Virus record (IMG/VR): IMGVR_UViG_3300037418_000950
Reading direction: 5' to 3' (one strand)
DNA length: 60,814 bases
From: a virus
Taxonomy: Duplodnaviria; Heunggongvirae; Uroviricota; Caudoviricetes
In this document: positions 32,079 to 42,490 of the stretch, in pieces
How positions within the stretch are numbered: position 1 is the first letter of the stretch
Layout of the letters: the number at the start of each line of letters is the position of its first letter
The notes under the pieces: model-generated
The model's database searches: none
What the model was told of the DNA's origin: nothing
The model's input: the letters and a program-made list of their open reading frames with translations, nothing else
Program-made: the position numbers and the translations under genes

Positions 32079-33734
32079 TTATTTCTTACCTTTAGACTTC
32101 CCTTTAGTCTTCGGCGGCGTTGCTTCGGGAAGCGGTGGCGGCAGGGACAATGTAGGTCCCCCACCTTGACCCATCGGCGGTCCACCAGCATCATCGCCCA
32201 TCGGGTCGCCCATGGCGTTCAGGGGTTGTGCAAACTGTGGATTGCCCATTTCAGCGGCAATCTGTTCGTCGTTGCGCTTAATGTCGTCATCAGTCTGACG
32301 TAGGATTGTCTTGCGAGCTTCTTCATTCGAGACAAAGCGCCCAATGTAAGGATCGAGCAATTGCAAAACGGCCAAACGGTTTTGCCAGATTTCTTGATCT
32401 TTCAGTTCGGCAAAGTCATTGTCAGAATGATATTTGAACTTGATGAAATACTTGATTTGGTCCCATTCTTCAGGCGTAACGATACGCTTCAGGACCAATT
32501 GCTTTTCCAAAACGTCAACGAAGAGTTTGTTAAAGCGTTTGCGAAGTCGGTTCACAAATTTGGAAAAGTTTACTTCATCATGATTGATTTGCGTCGACCG
32601 TCCGATATCATAGGCATACTCGGGATTGAGACGCGAGACAGGGACTTGTAGAGAATTGTAGAGTTTGAATTCAAAGTATTTAATATCGTCGATTTGACCA
32701 AGATTACCCGCAGGCGGCAAGGTTTCGATCTGAGTGGACTTACCCCCTTCACGACGCGGGATATAGAAGTCCTCAAGCATCGTCATGAAGCGACGGGCAT
32801 CCTGCGTCTCGCCCGTTTCCGCGTTATAGAGAAGTTTGGACTTGTGTTTGGCGATAATGTCCTGAACGTATTGTTGCGCCTTGGCATGGGGCATATCACC
32901 CACGTCAATGTAGAACACGCGCCGTTCAGGAGCCCGTGACAGTCGATAGATGACACAAGAGTCTTCCATCGAGCGCAGACAGTTCAGAGGTTTGATGGCC
33001 TGATGCAGGAATGACAAGATCATCGTGCCTTGCGAGTTTAGTTCCTCAGAGGTGACGTAGACAATCGCGTCTTTAGCAATCTTCACACCATTGTTAGTCG
33101 GCTGCCATGTAGACAACGGATTGCGGTTCGGTCCCGTCGAAAGAGACTTTTCCGAATAGACGTAAAATTCCTGTTCAACCTTTTGCAGCACCACTCCAGG
33201 CTTGTTCTTGTCCTTGAGGTTTCGCATCTGACGTATCTTGCGAACCTTACGCGGATCGAGATAGCGTAGTTCCTTGATGCCTTCGTTGGGTGCGGCAGGA
33301 TCGACTAGAATGAGATAGTACAGGCGACCATCCACATACCAGCGACGGAAGATTTGGTAATCGCGATGATCGAATTCGAGAAGCCTTAGGACTTCGTCAA
33401 ATTCGTCGGTCATCTTCTTTTTAAGGGAGTCGGGAATAGGACAGTCGTCCAAAAGCATTTCAACGGTCTTTTCACCGTCTTCCGAGACAATAGCCTCATT
33501 GACAATTTCGTTGACAGCCTTGGCGACTTCGGGATGTTGAAGCATGTCCCGATATTTTGAGACAAGTTCGGATTCGTTTTTGACAGAGCCTTCAAGGTCC
33601 AGAAACGTGCCAGTGGCTAACGGACCTGGGGATGAAACAATAATCGCGCCGTCGTCAATATTTGGCGGCGCGATTGAAGGCAAAGGTTCAGATGATTTGG
33701 GTCTATTTAGGATAAACCCAATTAAATCAGCCAT
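32079..33734 (-). CDS. 20: Portal protein gp20
   Basis: GIKELRYLDPRK, LRSMEDSCVIYRLSRAPERRVFYIDVG, MLEDFYIPRREGGKSTQIETLP. Confidence 0.97.
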   Translation of the reverse strand: MADLIGFILNRPKSSEPLPSIAPPNIDDGAIIVSSPGPLATGTFLDLEGSVKNESELVSKYRDMLQHPEVAKAVNEIVNEAIVSEDGEKTVEMLLDDCPIPDSLKKKMTDEFDEVLRLLEFDHRDYQIFRRWYVDGRLYYLILVDPAAPNEGIKELRYLDPRKVRKIRQMRNLKDKNKPGVVLQKVEQEFYVYSEKSLSTGPNRNPLSTWQPTNNGVKIAKDAIVYVTSEELNSQGTMILSFLHQAIKPLNCLRSMEDSCVIYRLSRAPERRVFYIDVGDMPHAKAQQYVQDIIAKHKSKLLYNAETGETQDARRFMTMLEDFYIPRREGGKSTQIETLPPAGNLGQIDDIKYFEFKLYNSLQVPVSRLNPEYAYDIGRSTQINHDEVNFSKFVNRLRKRFNKLFVDVLEKQLVLKRIVTPEEWDQIKYFIKFKYHSDNDFAELKDQEIWQNRLAVLQLLDPYIGRFVSNEEARKTILRQTDDDIKRNDEQIAAEMGNPQFAQPLNAMGDPMGDDAGGPPMGQGGGPTLSLPPPLPEATPPKTKGKSKGKK

Positions 33735-33754
33735 AGTAATGCGATCCTATATTA

Positions 33755-34378
33755 TTAGGCGTCGTCGCCCAATTCCAGTTCAAAGATCGGATTACCATCG
33801 GCTCGGACGTATGGTTCGTACCAATCGTAGGCAAATCGGACCTGGAATTGTTCAATTTCGTTTACAGAGTTCCAATCAAGGGCAATGTCTGTGATCATAG
33901 TCGGGAAGATGCCGTTAAAGAGATACGTCTTAATTGCACCGTCGCCGTCGATATCACCAGGGCCTTCCTTGGCAAACTGTGTGACCAACGCCGTTGTCTT
34001 GTAGGAATTCCCCAAGGCAGGGGCGATGTTGGCAACCCGTGAGTCCAGGCGGTTGGAAATGATGGTATTGATTGAGTTATGCCACGCTTCAAAAGCATTG
34101 CGGATATTAAAGTCTTCGTCGTTCATGACGGTAATATCCCAATCGTCAAACTGACGATTGCCCGCCAACTTGATGGTTCTTCCAAAATACGGAATTGGAA
34201 CTTCACCGATTTGCGATTCAGGAAGTTTCGAGGCGCGAGCTACAAATTGTAGTTGTTGGGAAGCGCCAGGAAGATTGACCAGATCGGGGAACGTTAGCGT
34301 CACCACGAAGTTTGTAGGGCGCGCACCACCGAGAGGCAGCGCGTTAGCTCTAAATGTATTGATGTTAAAACCAGCCAT
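33755..34378 (-). CDS. 19: Tail tube protein gp19
   Basis: GGARPTNFVV, VPIPYFGRTIKLAGNRQFDDWDITVMNDEDF, IEQFQVRFAYDW. Confidence 0.95.
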   Translation of the reverse strand: MAGFNINTFRANALPLGGARPTNFVVTLTFPDLVNLPGASQQLQFVARASKLPESQIGEVPIPYFGRTIKLAGNRQFDDWDITVMNDEDFNIRNAFEAWHNSINTIISNRLDSRVANIAPALGNSYKTTALVTQFAKEGPGDIDGDGAIKTYLFNGIFPTMITDIALDWNSVNEIEQFQVRFAYDWYEPYVRADGNPIFELELGDDA

Positions 34379-34415
34379 GGATGAGCTTGAATTACTCCTT
34401 GTTATTCTTCTATGC

Positions 34416-34422
34416 TATTTAG
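34416..34422 (-). promoter_or_regulatory. Late promoter CTAAATA for gp19
   Basis: Upstream of AGGAG SD. Confidence 0.6.
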
Positions 34423-34703
34423 TTGTTTACACCTGAGGTATCAGAGCCTGATGTGCCTCTAAGTTTTCTCTTTCCAGAGAGAATATCATTGCGCCATTTT
34501 CTAAGATTTTCGGCTTTTTTGGGTCCAATGTTCCCATCAGATGCGTAACCAATAGCTTTACCTGTTGATGTAAGAGCCGCGATCCCTACGCGAAGTTTAT
34601 CTGGGGCATAGGTGCGGACCATATGCTTTTTAATTGCATTGGCCTGAACACCTACGTTGCCCCAGATTCCTTCATCGATTAGGAACCGTTTGAAGGCTCC
34701 CAT
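34419..34703 (-). CDS. Small basic protein with capsid-targeting-like N-terminus
   Basis: MGAFKRFLIDE start; inserted between gp18 and gp19. Confidence 0.55.
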   Translation of the reverse strand: MGAFKRFLIDEGIWGNVGVQANAIKKHMVRTYAPDKLRVGIAALTSTGKAIGYASDGNIGPKKAENLRKWRNDILSGKRKLRGTSGSDTSGVNN

Positions 34704-37042
34704 TAGACACCAGCGCCAAGCTTCCCAACTACCTCGCTGAACGACACCGCAGTACCAACCGCGACGAAGTTCAGAGTGATGTAGTTGATCGAGCGCGCAG
34801 GCTTAATGTAGATATCACCAACAAAGCTATTCGAATCGATAACCGCTGGAGTGTTATTTGTTGCGTCACAAATAACGTCAAAAGCATAGATACCACGACG
34901 GCCTTGAACATCGCGCAAGTATGGGTTGACCATGTTGCGGAATTGGGCGCGAGTGAAGTCATCATTGAATTCAAACAGGCTAAAGTATGAAGCTCTAGCG
35001 ATGGCCTTTTCAAGGACGATGAACAGACGACGGACGTTGATACGGTCGAAGGCTGACGACTTCGTTAGAAGAGTCTTGTCGCCGTTCAGGTACGTGCCGT
35101 TACCTTGTGTCGAGATAACAGGGTTGACGTTATTCTTGTAAAGGAAGTCACGTTGAGCTTGGCGCGGGTTCCAAGATAGTCGGATGACATTCTTGATTTG
35201 GCCACGCGTAAGACCAGCGGGTGACCACCATGGATCGTTGGTAAAGTCGGTACGGGCGCATAGACCAGCCATGTCGCCGTTGAGAGGAATCCAACGGTTC
35301 ACGTCGTTGTACTTGTCATACATGTACTTGTAACCGCTATCGAGCACACCGTATGAGGTGACGCGAAGGTTGTTACGGAAGTCTACAACGTCGTAGATTT
35401 CCTCACCCTTGTTGTTCACAACGTCGTCGTAATCGGGCGAAATGAAAACAACACAGTCCTTGGGATTTCTAAGTTCTGCGACATTATCGAGAATGTAGTT
35501 GGCCATTTGCGTCTTGTTAGAAACAGGATCACCCTTGGCCTTACCAGCGATAAGAAGCGAAACATCTACGTCTTCGCTTGAGGCGAACATATCCCAGGCA
35601 AGGGCCAGCGTACCGACCGACACATCACTTTCATCAGGACCGTTGGAACCACCGATCATTCTCATGTCGAGAGGTGCAACACCTGTAGATGATGTTAGGA
35701 ATTCGGCTGTGTTAGAAACCGCCGTGGTGCGGTCGTTAGCCCACCAGATGTATGCCGACTTTTGGTTGATGACATTCTTGTAGTAGTTTGTTTCACCATT
35801 GTCGTTTTTGGCATCTGTGGCACGCGAGACGTTCTTATAGGTCTCAAGCACTGTGCCTGGAGACCCTGTGAACGCACCGCCTTCGTCAACAACAACTACG
35901 TGCAGTTCGTCATTGGCTGACGTGTTGCCGTGTAGAAGTTGCCAATTGGATTGTGACGGAACAGTTTCGGTTTCACGATAGAATTCCCAGAAACGAGTGA
36001 CGTAACCAAGCGCGACGTTTGACGACAGTTTGACTTCATCGTCAGTTGTAAGCTGGACGGTAAAGACGTTGCCCGATGAGGTAACGTTGCCGACAGTTGT
36101 AATCTTGAGGAATTGGAAACCAACCTTGGTGTTGCCAAGTTCGATAAGATCGTTGACGGCAAGAGTCGCCTGGACCGAACCTGCCAAAGTGTTGGCGGCC
36201 GTGACGTTGGTAGAGTTGGAAGTATCCTTCGGAACGACCGTGATCGTCAGAGTATTCGAACCAACATTGCCAACAAGAAACGTTCCCGTTGCGTTGATTT
36301 GAGCATTGGGTGTCAGTGAGGTGTTGGATTTGAATTGGCTGGCGCTATCGCAGACCGAGACGCGGAGTGAATTGCCGTAATCACCAGGATAACGGGCGAC
36401 ATACAGCGACGCGGGGTCGAAGGCCGCGACGCGTGAGTTATAGTCATCTTCATTTTTGACGACCAGAGAGTCCCAATCGGCAATGTCCGAACCATCGTAG
36501 TTGAGGTCGGATTGTAGAGCCGCGGCAGTCAGGGCGATATCATCGCGGAAGACGACGGCGGCAGATTGGACGTTGGCGCTGGCCGATCCAGAAAGCGTGA
36601 CCGTTGTCGAATTGACAGCCGAAATGGTGGCCCCAATCGGTAGACCCGCGGCGTTTGAGAAGAACAGTTTCATACCAACGTTGAGGTTGGTGGTATTTGA
36701 TAGCTGCATCACATTGTTGCCGCCCGCCATTACGAAGTTAGACGAGTTGCCAGTGTAAGAGGCGGCGATGGTGTTGCCTGTGGTGTCGGCGGCGCGGACA
36801 AGCCAAAGCGTATCAGTGTAGCTTAGGAACGACGCGCCCGAGAACCATGTTTCGGCGTTGAAGTTTGATGGCTTACCAAAAGTGCTTACAAGCGTATCCT
36901 CGCTGTCAACCAGTGTGCGAAATTCAACTGGACCCCATGGAAAGACGCCAGCCATAGCGCCAGGGGATGCGGAGACCGCCTGAATGGCGGTTGTAAGGTC
37001 AAATTCTCTTACTGCTACTCCAGGCGAAACTAAAGTTGTCAT
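34703..37042 (-). CDS. 18: Tail sheath protein gp18
   Basis: LVSPGVAVREFD, FPWGP, WWSPAGLTRG, FDRINVRRLF, IYIKPARSINYITLNFVA. Confidence 0.97.
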   Translation of the reverse strand: MTTLVSPGVAVREFDLTTAIQAVSASPGAMAGVFPWGPVEFRTLVDSEDTLVSTFGKPSNFNAETWFSGASFLSYTDTLWLVRAADTTGNTIAASYTGNSSNFVMAGGNNVMQLSNTTNLNVGMKLFFSNAAGLPIGATISAVNSTTVTLSGSASANVQSAAVVFRDDIALTAAALQSDLNYDGSDIADWDSLVVKNEDDYNSRVAAFDPASLYVARYPGDYGNSLRVSVCDSASQFKSNTSLTPNAQINATGTFLVGNVGSNTLTITVVPKDTSNSTNVTAANTLAGSVQATLAVNDLIELGNTKVGFQFLKITTVGNVTSSGNVFTVQLTTDDEVKLSSNVALGYVTRFWEFYRETETVPSQSNWQLLHGNTSANDELHVVVVDEGGAFTGSPGTVLETYKNVSRATDAKNDNGETNYYKNVINQKSAYIWWANDRTTAVSNTAEFLTSSTGVAPLDMRMIGGSNGPDESDVSVGTLALAWDMFASSEDVDVSLLIAGKAKGDPVSNKTQMANYILDNVAELRNPKDCVVFISPDYDDVVNNKGEEIYDVVDFRNNLRVTSYGVLDSGYKYMYDKYNDVNRWIPLNGDMAGLCARTDFTNDPWWSPAGLTRGQIKNVIRLSWNPRQAQRDFLYKNNVNPVISTQGNGTYLNGDKTLLTKSSAFDRINVRRLFIVLEKAIARASYFSLFEFNDDFTRAQFRNMVNPYLRDVQGRRGIYAFDVICDATNNTPAVIDSNSFVGDIYIKPARSINYITLNFVAVGTAVSFSEVVGKLGAGV

Positions 37043-37092
37043 ATGTTGCTTTATCCTTGTATTTTAATGAACAGCATTGGAAACAGTTCATC

Positions 37093-37099
37093 TATTTAG
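37093..37099 (-). promoter_or_regulatory. Late promoter CTAAATA for gp18
   Basis: Intergenic heptamer after gp17 stop. Confidence 0.6.
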
Positions 37100-37112
37100 A
37101 ATTTTGACGACT

Positions 37113-38867
37113 TTAGAAGAAGATGCGAACCGTATCGGGTTCTTTTTCATCCAATACCCAACCTTCAGGATTATTTGGTCCGATGAGTGCATTGGTTTTT
37201 TCTTCGGGTGTCTGTTGCCCTGTATAAATCGTCGCAAATGGCACCAGGGCATCGCGAGTTTGTTGCTCGGATCGGCCGCGTAGACGTGCCAGAATATCTA
37301 CGTCGGTTAAGTCGCGGAAATAGACTTGTTCGGTAATCCAGCCGAATAGAACCAGCCCCATGACAATATCGTCGGTGGCTCCTTTTTCGGCTTGGTACGT
37401 CTGATTTTTCTTAGAGAAGCGGGTAAACTCATAGATGGTTTGTTCGTCCCAAATCTTGAGTTGTTCCGTTTCGACAAGTATCTTGATCATGCCGCAACCT
37501 TCGGTCTTCACCGTCTTGGTTGTGCGGATGCCAAGTTCATGGGGTTTGTCAGAGAACCCGCGCGAAATTTTCTTGGTTTGGAAGCGTGCCGCCTCGGTGC
37601 GGATTAGGTTCTCATATTCCTTTTCATGATGCAGAATATGCAGCACCTGAGACCCGATGGAATTCAATTCAACCAGGACGGCTGCCCGATTGTAGAAAGC
37701 CCCAATGGCATAGATGACTTCGGCGTAGTCGAGGGGTGTCAATTCATTGGAACGATAGACGCACACCTGTTCGAACGGCTTGGTCGTCACATCAATGACA
37801 CTGAATGCCGAGTAGTCGAGCCCCTTACCTTCCGAAACGTCGGCAATCAGCATGTAGGTGTGACCTTCGATAGGCTTGACGTATTGCTTCAAGCCTTCGC
37901 GTTCGAAGATCGGTTTCTTGACACATTTTTGAGTCAGATGTTGCAGACACGCGCCCGAGAGAAGCGTACTTGTCGAACCGAGAAATTCAACATTGTGTTC
38001 TTGGTCAAACAGACCTTGGTCATTACCAACGGCGGCCAAGGCTTGCTTGCGCCATTTTTCATCGCGACCAGGAACGTCGCGCCATGTGACCTTGATTGGA
38101 TTGAACTCGTTCCATTCATCAGCCACCTCAGGATCGGCGTGACCTTTTTTCTGCGAGTCGTTCCAAAGTTTGTGGAAGTGATTGAGGCCGCGCGGCGTCG
38201 AAACAAGTACAGCCTTCGTGGTGTTGGTTGAGGTAATCGTGTTATAGGTTGACGGCCAGAATTCTTCCCAATTGTCAACGAAGGCCGCTTCGTCCACAAA
38301 CAGCAAGTCCACCGCATAACCACGGATAGAGTCGGGAGACGTTGCTTCGGAAATGGCACGCGAGCCATTGGCCAACTCGAATGAGGTCTTATTCCAGTCG
38401 CGCACCCCAGGCTGCATCCATAGTGGTAGCGACGCATAGGCCACCTGGACCTTGCGTAAAATTTCCATGGCAGTCTTACCCTTGTTGGCAAGAAAGGCCA
38501 CGGTTGGTGATTTACCGTCGAATAGGAGATACCAGAGCACATAGGCGCAAACGACCGTTGACTTACCAGCCTGCCGTGCCGTTGCGAAGATGTTGAAACG
38601 GTTATCCTTCATGTTATAGATCATGTCTTTTTGGTAAGGATAAAGCTTGATTGGAACCAAGCCTTCACCCTTGACCATGATCTTCATGTATTTTTCGGTG
38701 AAGTAGATAACATCATCGGCGCACTTCGCGAGTTCCGCGACCATATCGGGAGTCCATTCAATCTGGACTCCCTCGCGCTTGATCATTCGGTTGCCGCGGT
38801 AGCAGCGGTATTCGATTATCTGATTATCAAAATCTTCATGACCATCGGGTAGATGTATATTACTCAT
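37113..38867 (-). CDS. 17: Terminase large subunit gp17
   Basis: LYPYQ, ARQAGKST, LLFVDEAAF, VSTPRGLNHF, ADVSEGKGLDYSAF, DDIVM. Confidence 0.97.
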   Translation of the reverse strand: MSNIHLPDGHEDFDNQIIEYRCYRGNRMIKREGVQIEWTPDMVAELAKCADDVIYFTEKYMKIMVKGEGLVPIKLYPYQKDMIYNMKDNRFNIFATARQAGKSTVVCAYVLWYLLFDGKSPTVAFLANKGKTAMEILRKVQVAYASLPLWMQPGVRDWNKTSFELANGSRAISEATSPDSIRGYAVDLLFVDEAAFVDNWEEFWPSTYNTITSTNTTKAVLVSTPRGLNHFHKLWNDSQKKGHADPEVADEWNEFNPIKVTWRDVPGRDEKWRKQALAAVGNDQGLFDQEHNVEFLGSTSTLLSGACLQHLTQKCVKKPIFEREGLKQYVKPIEGHTYMLIADVSEGKGLDYSAFSVIDVTTKPFEQVCVYRSNELTPLDYAEVIYAIGAFYNRAAVLVELNSIGSQVLHILHHEKEYENLIRTEAARFQTKKISRGFSDKPHELGIRTTKTVKTEGCGMIKILVETEQLKIWDEQTIYEFTRFSKKNQTYQAEKGATDDIVMGLVLFGWITEQVYFRDLTDVDILARLRGRSEQQTRDALVPFATIYTGQQTPEEKTNALIGPNNPEGWVLDEKEPDTVRIFF

Positions 38868-39228
38868 TCTTTTCTTTTAATTGACGTAGCATTTCAACCA
38901 TGTCCGAGGTTGACCCTACAAAAACCTGATTGGTTGTGTGAGTTTCAGGTGGTGGTTCGGGCGGGCGATTCAGAACGTCTCGCGTTTGGCTGATTTGTGA
39001 TAAATCCTTGATCACTTCGGCCGTTGATCGCATCAACAAGGCCAGCTTTTCGTAATCAACGCGGTCACCCGACTGTTTGCAGACTACGGCAAGTTCAGCC
39101 ACGGCTTCACTGCCCGTCTTTACTATGTCTATGAGTTGTTCGCGACCGAAGCTGAGGTCTTTGTCGAGTTCGGTTTCTTTGATGTTGACGATTTCACCCG
39201 TCTTGATTTCAGTGACTTCATTACTCAT
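38860..39228 (-). CDS. 16: Terminase small subunit gp16
   Basis: TTNQVFVGSTSDMVEML C-terminal motif; position before gp17. Confidence 0.88.
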   Translation of the reverse strand: MSNEVTEIKTGEIVNIKETELDKDLSFGREQLIDIVKTGSEAVAELAVVCKQSGDRVDYEKLALLMRSTAEVIKDLSQISQTRDVLNRPPEPPPETHTTNQVFVGSTSDMVEMLRQLKEKNE

Positions 39229-40058
39229 TACGTGTTACCTGTGAATACGATGCCGTCCAGGGCGCTTTCTTCAACGACAAAACCAAAGTCATCGTTGATC
39301 GCGATGGAATGGACATTGATCGATTGGTTGGCGACGCTGGTTGGGTCGCCGTTGGCGGTCAGACCTGGAGTGATGGTCAATTCACCTACAGGATCGCTGG
39401 TGTCCCCAGGATTGCCAAAGTGAAAGACTTGTTTCGATATCTTGATGATCGGCTTGGTCTTGGTCACCCCGAAGTATTGTGCCTTCATCGTGAACGGGAT
39501 GGTCCAGGTGATCGGGTTTTGAGTTGTTAGACTGCCGTCGTACTTGTCTTCATAGGTTGGCGTTCCGATGATGACGGGTGTGTCGATGACTATGTTCATT
39601 TCGGGGATCAGATTAAGTGTCATATCCCAATTTGGCTTGAAGTTCGGTAAGATTTGATCTATAATCTTGATACCGTCTTCACGGTTTTTCACCCAAATGT
39701 AGAGATTGAATTGAAGGTCATAGCAGACCGAATCGTAGATATAGTTCGCCTTATCGAGGTCCGTCGCCTTGCGAACATAACGATTGAGGGTGTCGAGCTT
39801 TCTACTCCAATTGGGTACCAACCCCATAAGCTCAAAAGACATTATTGGCAGGTTGATTTGCGAGCTTTTCAGTTCCTCGGGATTGGCCTTGACGACAGCC
39901 AACATCTTGTCCTTGCCTGCATAGGTCAGAGGCACCTTGACATATTGAGTGATGTTGCCTTGATCGTCGGTGCGGGCGATGTAAGTGTCATTGAACAGGT
40001 TGCCAAAGGCGATGACGTACTTGCGCGTTAGGGCGTAGTAGTATTGTTGTCCAAACAT
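39228..40058 (-). CDS. 15: Tail sheath stabilizer / tail terminator gp15
   Basis: YYYALTRKYVIAFGNLFND, KVPLTYAGKDK, LPIMSFE, QILPNFKP. Confidence 0.93.
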   Translation of the reverse strand: MFGQQYYYALTRKYVIAFGNLFNDTYIARTDDQGNITQYVKVPLTYAGKDKMLAVVKANPEELKSSQINLPIMSFELMGLVPNWSRKLDTLNRYVRKATDLDKANYIYDSVCYDLQFNLYIWVKNREDGIKIIDQILPNFKPNWDMTLNLIPEMNIVIDTPVIIGTPTYEDKYDGSLTTQNPITWTIPFTMKAQYFGVTKTKPIIKISKQVFHFGNPGDTSDPVGELTITPGLTANGDPTSVANQSINVHSIAINDDFGFVVEESALDGIVFTGNT

Positions 40059-40226
40059 TTAGTGTTCCTTATAAAGCAAATCTTTTTTTGGACAGTGCTT
40101 ACACTTCACCAAGTAATTGGTTTTGTATATAATCCGTCCGCGACCAGGGTCTTCGTGATCATCTTCTTCCTGCCATTCAATTTCCCAATCATGTTTGCCG
40201 AAGAAGCATAGAATTTTGTGTAACAT
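40059..40226 (-). CDS. 55-aa Zn-finger-like protein (DUF1660-like pattern; below ORF-track cutoff)
   Basis: Hand translation MLHKILCFFGKHDW...VKCKHCPKK...; TAATG couplings on both sides. Confidence 0.55.
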   Translation of the reverse strand: MLHKILCFFGKHDWEIEWQEEDDHEDPGRGRIIYKTNYLVKCKHCPKKDLLYKEH

Positions 40227-40999
40227 TAGTATTTTGACTCGCTAAATGGATCGAGGTATGTCCAATCAACGATAGTGTTATTGGCCCCCGATTGTTGATC
40301 AGTTTGAACCCCCGACAGGATTTCTTCTTGGATCGCGTCATTGACTTGATCGGAAACCATGTCAGAGAGGTTGAATTGTTCAGGAAGTAGGTATTGACCG
40401 TCTTCACTTAGAAGCGGTGACCCGTCTTCGGCATAGAGCGCCCAATCCAGAACGTTGGTTGAGTTCTCGGTTTGGATGCGATCAATGGCTTCGATACCTG
40501 TCTCAAACACTTCGTCACTGTAGACGAACAGTTCACACGTCAAATCGTAGGTCACCAACTGCCCAAACTGATAGAAGAAGGGCTTGTAGTTGACATACTT
40601 GATTTGAAACACCTTGTCGTTTTCGGGAAAGTACACAAGATCGCCTTCATCAGGACGTTCCTGCCCGTTGTTGTGTCCGACTTCCTCAAGAAAGGTACGT
40701 TTGGCGACCGTGAAGGTCACTTGATCATTGATCTGGAGACCGAACTTCGACAAGAACACCCCGTCGCCTTCGAACCCGTCAACAGACTTGACGTACATTT
40801 CGATTGGGTAGGCTTGCTTGTAAACTGACTGATCATCCTCGCCAAAGATACTGTCTTCCGACGTGATGACACGCGGAATGTAGAACATTTCTTTACCGAA
40901 GATTTTGATCGCCTCAATAGTGAGGTCTTCAATTAGCTTCTGTTCACCAGAGTATGCGTAATTGTTGAAGTAGATATTTGTGCCGCGACCGAGTGCCAT
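40226..40999 (-). CDS. 14: Neck protein gp14
   Basis: EQKLIEDLTIEAIKIFG..MFYIPR, SKFGLQIND, RPDEGDLVYFP, FYQFGQLVTYDLTCELF. Confidence 0.95.
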   Translation of the reverse strand: MALGRGTNIYFNNYAYSGEQKLIEDLTIEAIKIFGKEMFYIPRVITSEDSIFGEDDQSVYKQAYPIEMYVKSVDGFEGDGVFLSKFGLQINDQVTFTVAKRTFLEEVGHNNGQERPDEGDLVYFPENDKVFQIKYVNYKPFFYQFGQLVTYDLTCELFVYSDEVFETGIEAIDRIQTENSTNVLDWALYAEDGSPLLSEDGQYLLPEQFNLSDMVSDQVNDAIQEEILSGVQTDQQSGANNTIVDWTYLDPFSESKY

Positions 41000-41673
41000 T
41001 ACTGTTTAGGTTTCCCTCTACCAATATCCTGTAAGTTTGCTTTCTTACGAGCCCAAGTTGCTTTCAAAGCTTCGGCACGTTTCGCGATACTTTCTGGTGA
41101 AAACACTTGTTTTGCTCTTGCCTCTTTAATTTTTTGTCGTGCTTCGTCCGTATGACTAGCACCTTTTCTTGGAGAAATGTATCCATCGCGCTTTGACCAG
41201 TGAGTTTCGCCACGCGGAACATTTGTGATATCTCGAATTTTTAACCCTTCCAAGTATTTTTCCCTTATTTCTGGCCTCTGCATAGCTTCTTTAGTCTTGA
41301 TGGAGATTTTTTCTCGTATTGTTTTAGTGTTATCACATGCTCGCCAGTGATTTCGATCTTTATTCAGATTGTAGTATCTGATACACAATTCTTCTTCTCT
41401 GATCATAGCAAGCCACTTATTTTCCTTTTCAAGTAATCCATGATAACTTATCGAGGTGTGTCTTTCCAAGATTCTACGTTTGAAATCATGAGGTCGTCTC
41501 TTATAAGCTGCCTTCATCCAATTCGAAGAACACATATATCCATCGTCTTCCGCACCCCAATGTGAACCTATGTAATATCGCTTGTGCTTTCTATCACGCC
41601 AAATATAGATAAACCCGTTTCTTAGATCGTCTCCGTTTCCGTTGGTGAAATCATTTGATCCAGTAGTTTCCAT
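40999..41673 (-). mobile_element. Free-standing GIY-YIG (Seg-like) homing endonuclease with NUMOD3-type repeats
   Basis: GFIYIWRD...YYIGSH...GYMCSS; KGASHTDEARQKI; AT-rich relative to flanks. Confidence 0.85.
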
Positions 41674-42476
41674 TTATTGTAGTTACCTTTTGCTAATGTA
41701 GACTCAAATTGTTGTCTATTTAGCAAAAGTGTTTTGTAACCTATGAAAAATCCTAAAACTGGTGTCCAAGTACGTTGCATTTCATCTTTCAGACGCAACA
41801 CTTCGGCTTGACCTTCGTCATATATCTGTTGACCGTTGAAGGTGATGCCGCCAAGCAATTGAATGCCGCCGTACTTCTTGAGCACGTTACCATAGGCACG
41901 TTTGATTAGGGCCGTTGAATAGTCAATCAACCATTGATCCTGCCATATCTTGGCATAGGTATTGGGATCGATGACGTTGAAGCATTCAACCATCAAATAC
42001 TGCCCCGCCGCGATCAAGTTCCAATCCCAATCGATGTAGAGCCTGTTGACCTTGCGGTTATAGCGAATGGGTTTCTCCCCAACCAACAACTGATCAATCA
42101 ACTCCAGTTGCTGCATCCCCATGTAGTAGGGCACCATCGAGTAGGAGTTGAACATGAACAGTTCGTTCAACGCCAACTGATACTGCACGCCAAAGAGATT
42201 GTTGATATTGGAAAAGCGATCACCGTAGTTGAAGATTTTGATGACCCCCATGATGTTATCGGGCATCGTGATATACTGATTGGTGATATCAGTGTCAGTG
42301 ACCAGATATTTGTAGTATTGTTTTTCTGAGGCGTCGTAATGGAAGTTCATGTACATGATTAAGGCTTCGTCAATACGATCCTCAATCTGATCGTCATCCA
42401 AGTGACTTTGTAGGACAGGAAGACCTAAGTTACGAAGCACGAAACCTTTGAATTCTTCGCGAGTGGTTGGAATCAT
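41622..42476 (-). CDS. 13: Neck protein gp13 (with apparent 38-aa C-terminal extension)
   Basis: LRNLGLPV, DDDQIEDRIDEAL, QWLIDYSTALIKRAYG.VLKKY.GIQLLGGITFNG. Confidence 0.93.
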   Translation of the reverse strand: MIPTTREEFKGFVLRNLGLPVLQSHLDDDQIEDRIDEALIMYMNFHYDASEKQYYKYLVTDTDITNQYITMPDNIMGVIKIFNYGDRFSNINNLFGVQYQLALNELFMFNSYSMVPYYMGMQQLELIDQLLVGEKPIRYNRKVNRLYIDWDWNLIAAGQYLMVECFNVIDPNTYAKIWQDQWLIDYSTALIKRAYGNVLKKYGGIQLLGGITFNGQQIYDEGQAEVLRLKDEMQRTWTPVLGFFIGYKTLLLNRQQFESTLAKGNYNKWKLLDQMISPTETETI

Positions 42477-42490
42477 GGGAACCTTCTAAT

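Noticed and set aside
18063-38867. Inteins in gp46, UvsW or terminase
   Set aside because: Protein lengths are typical for T4-like homologues and no intein splice motifs were seen
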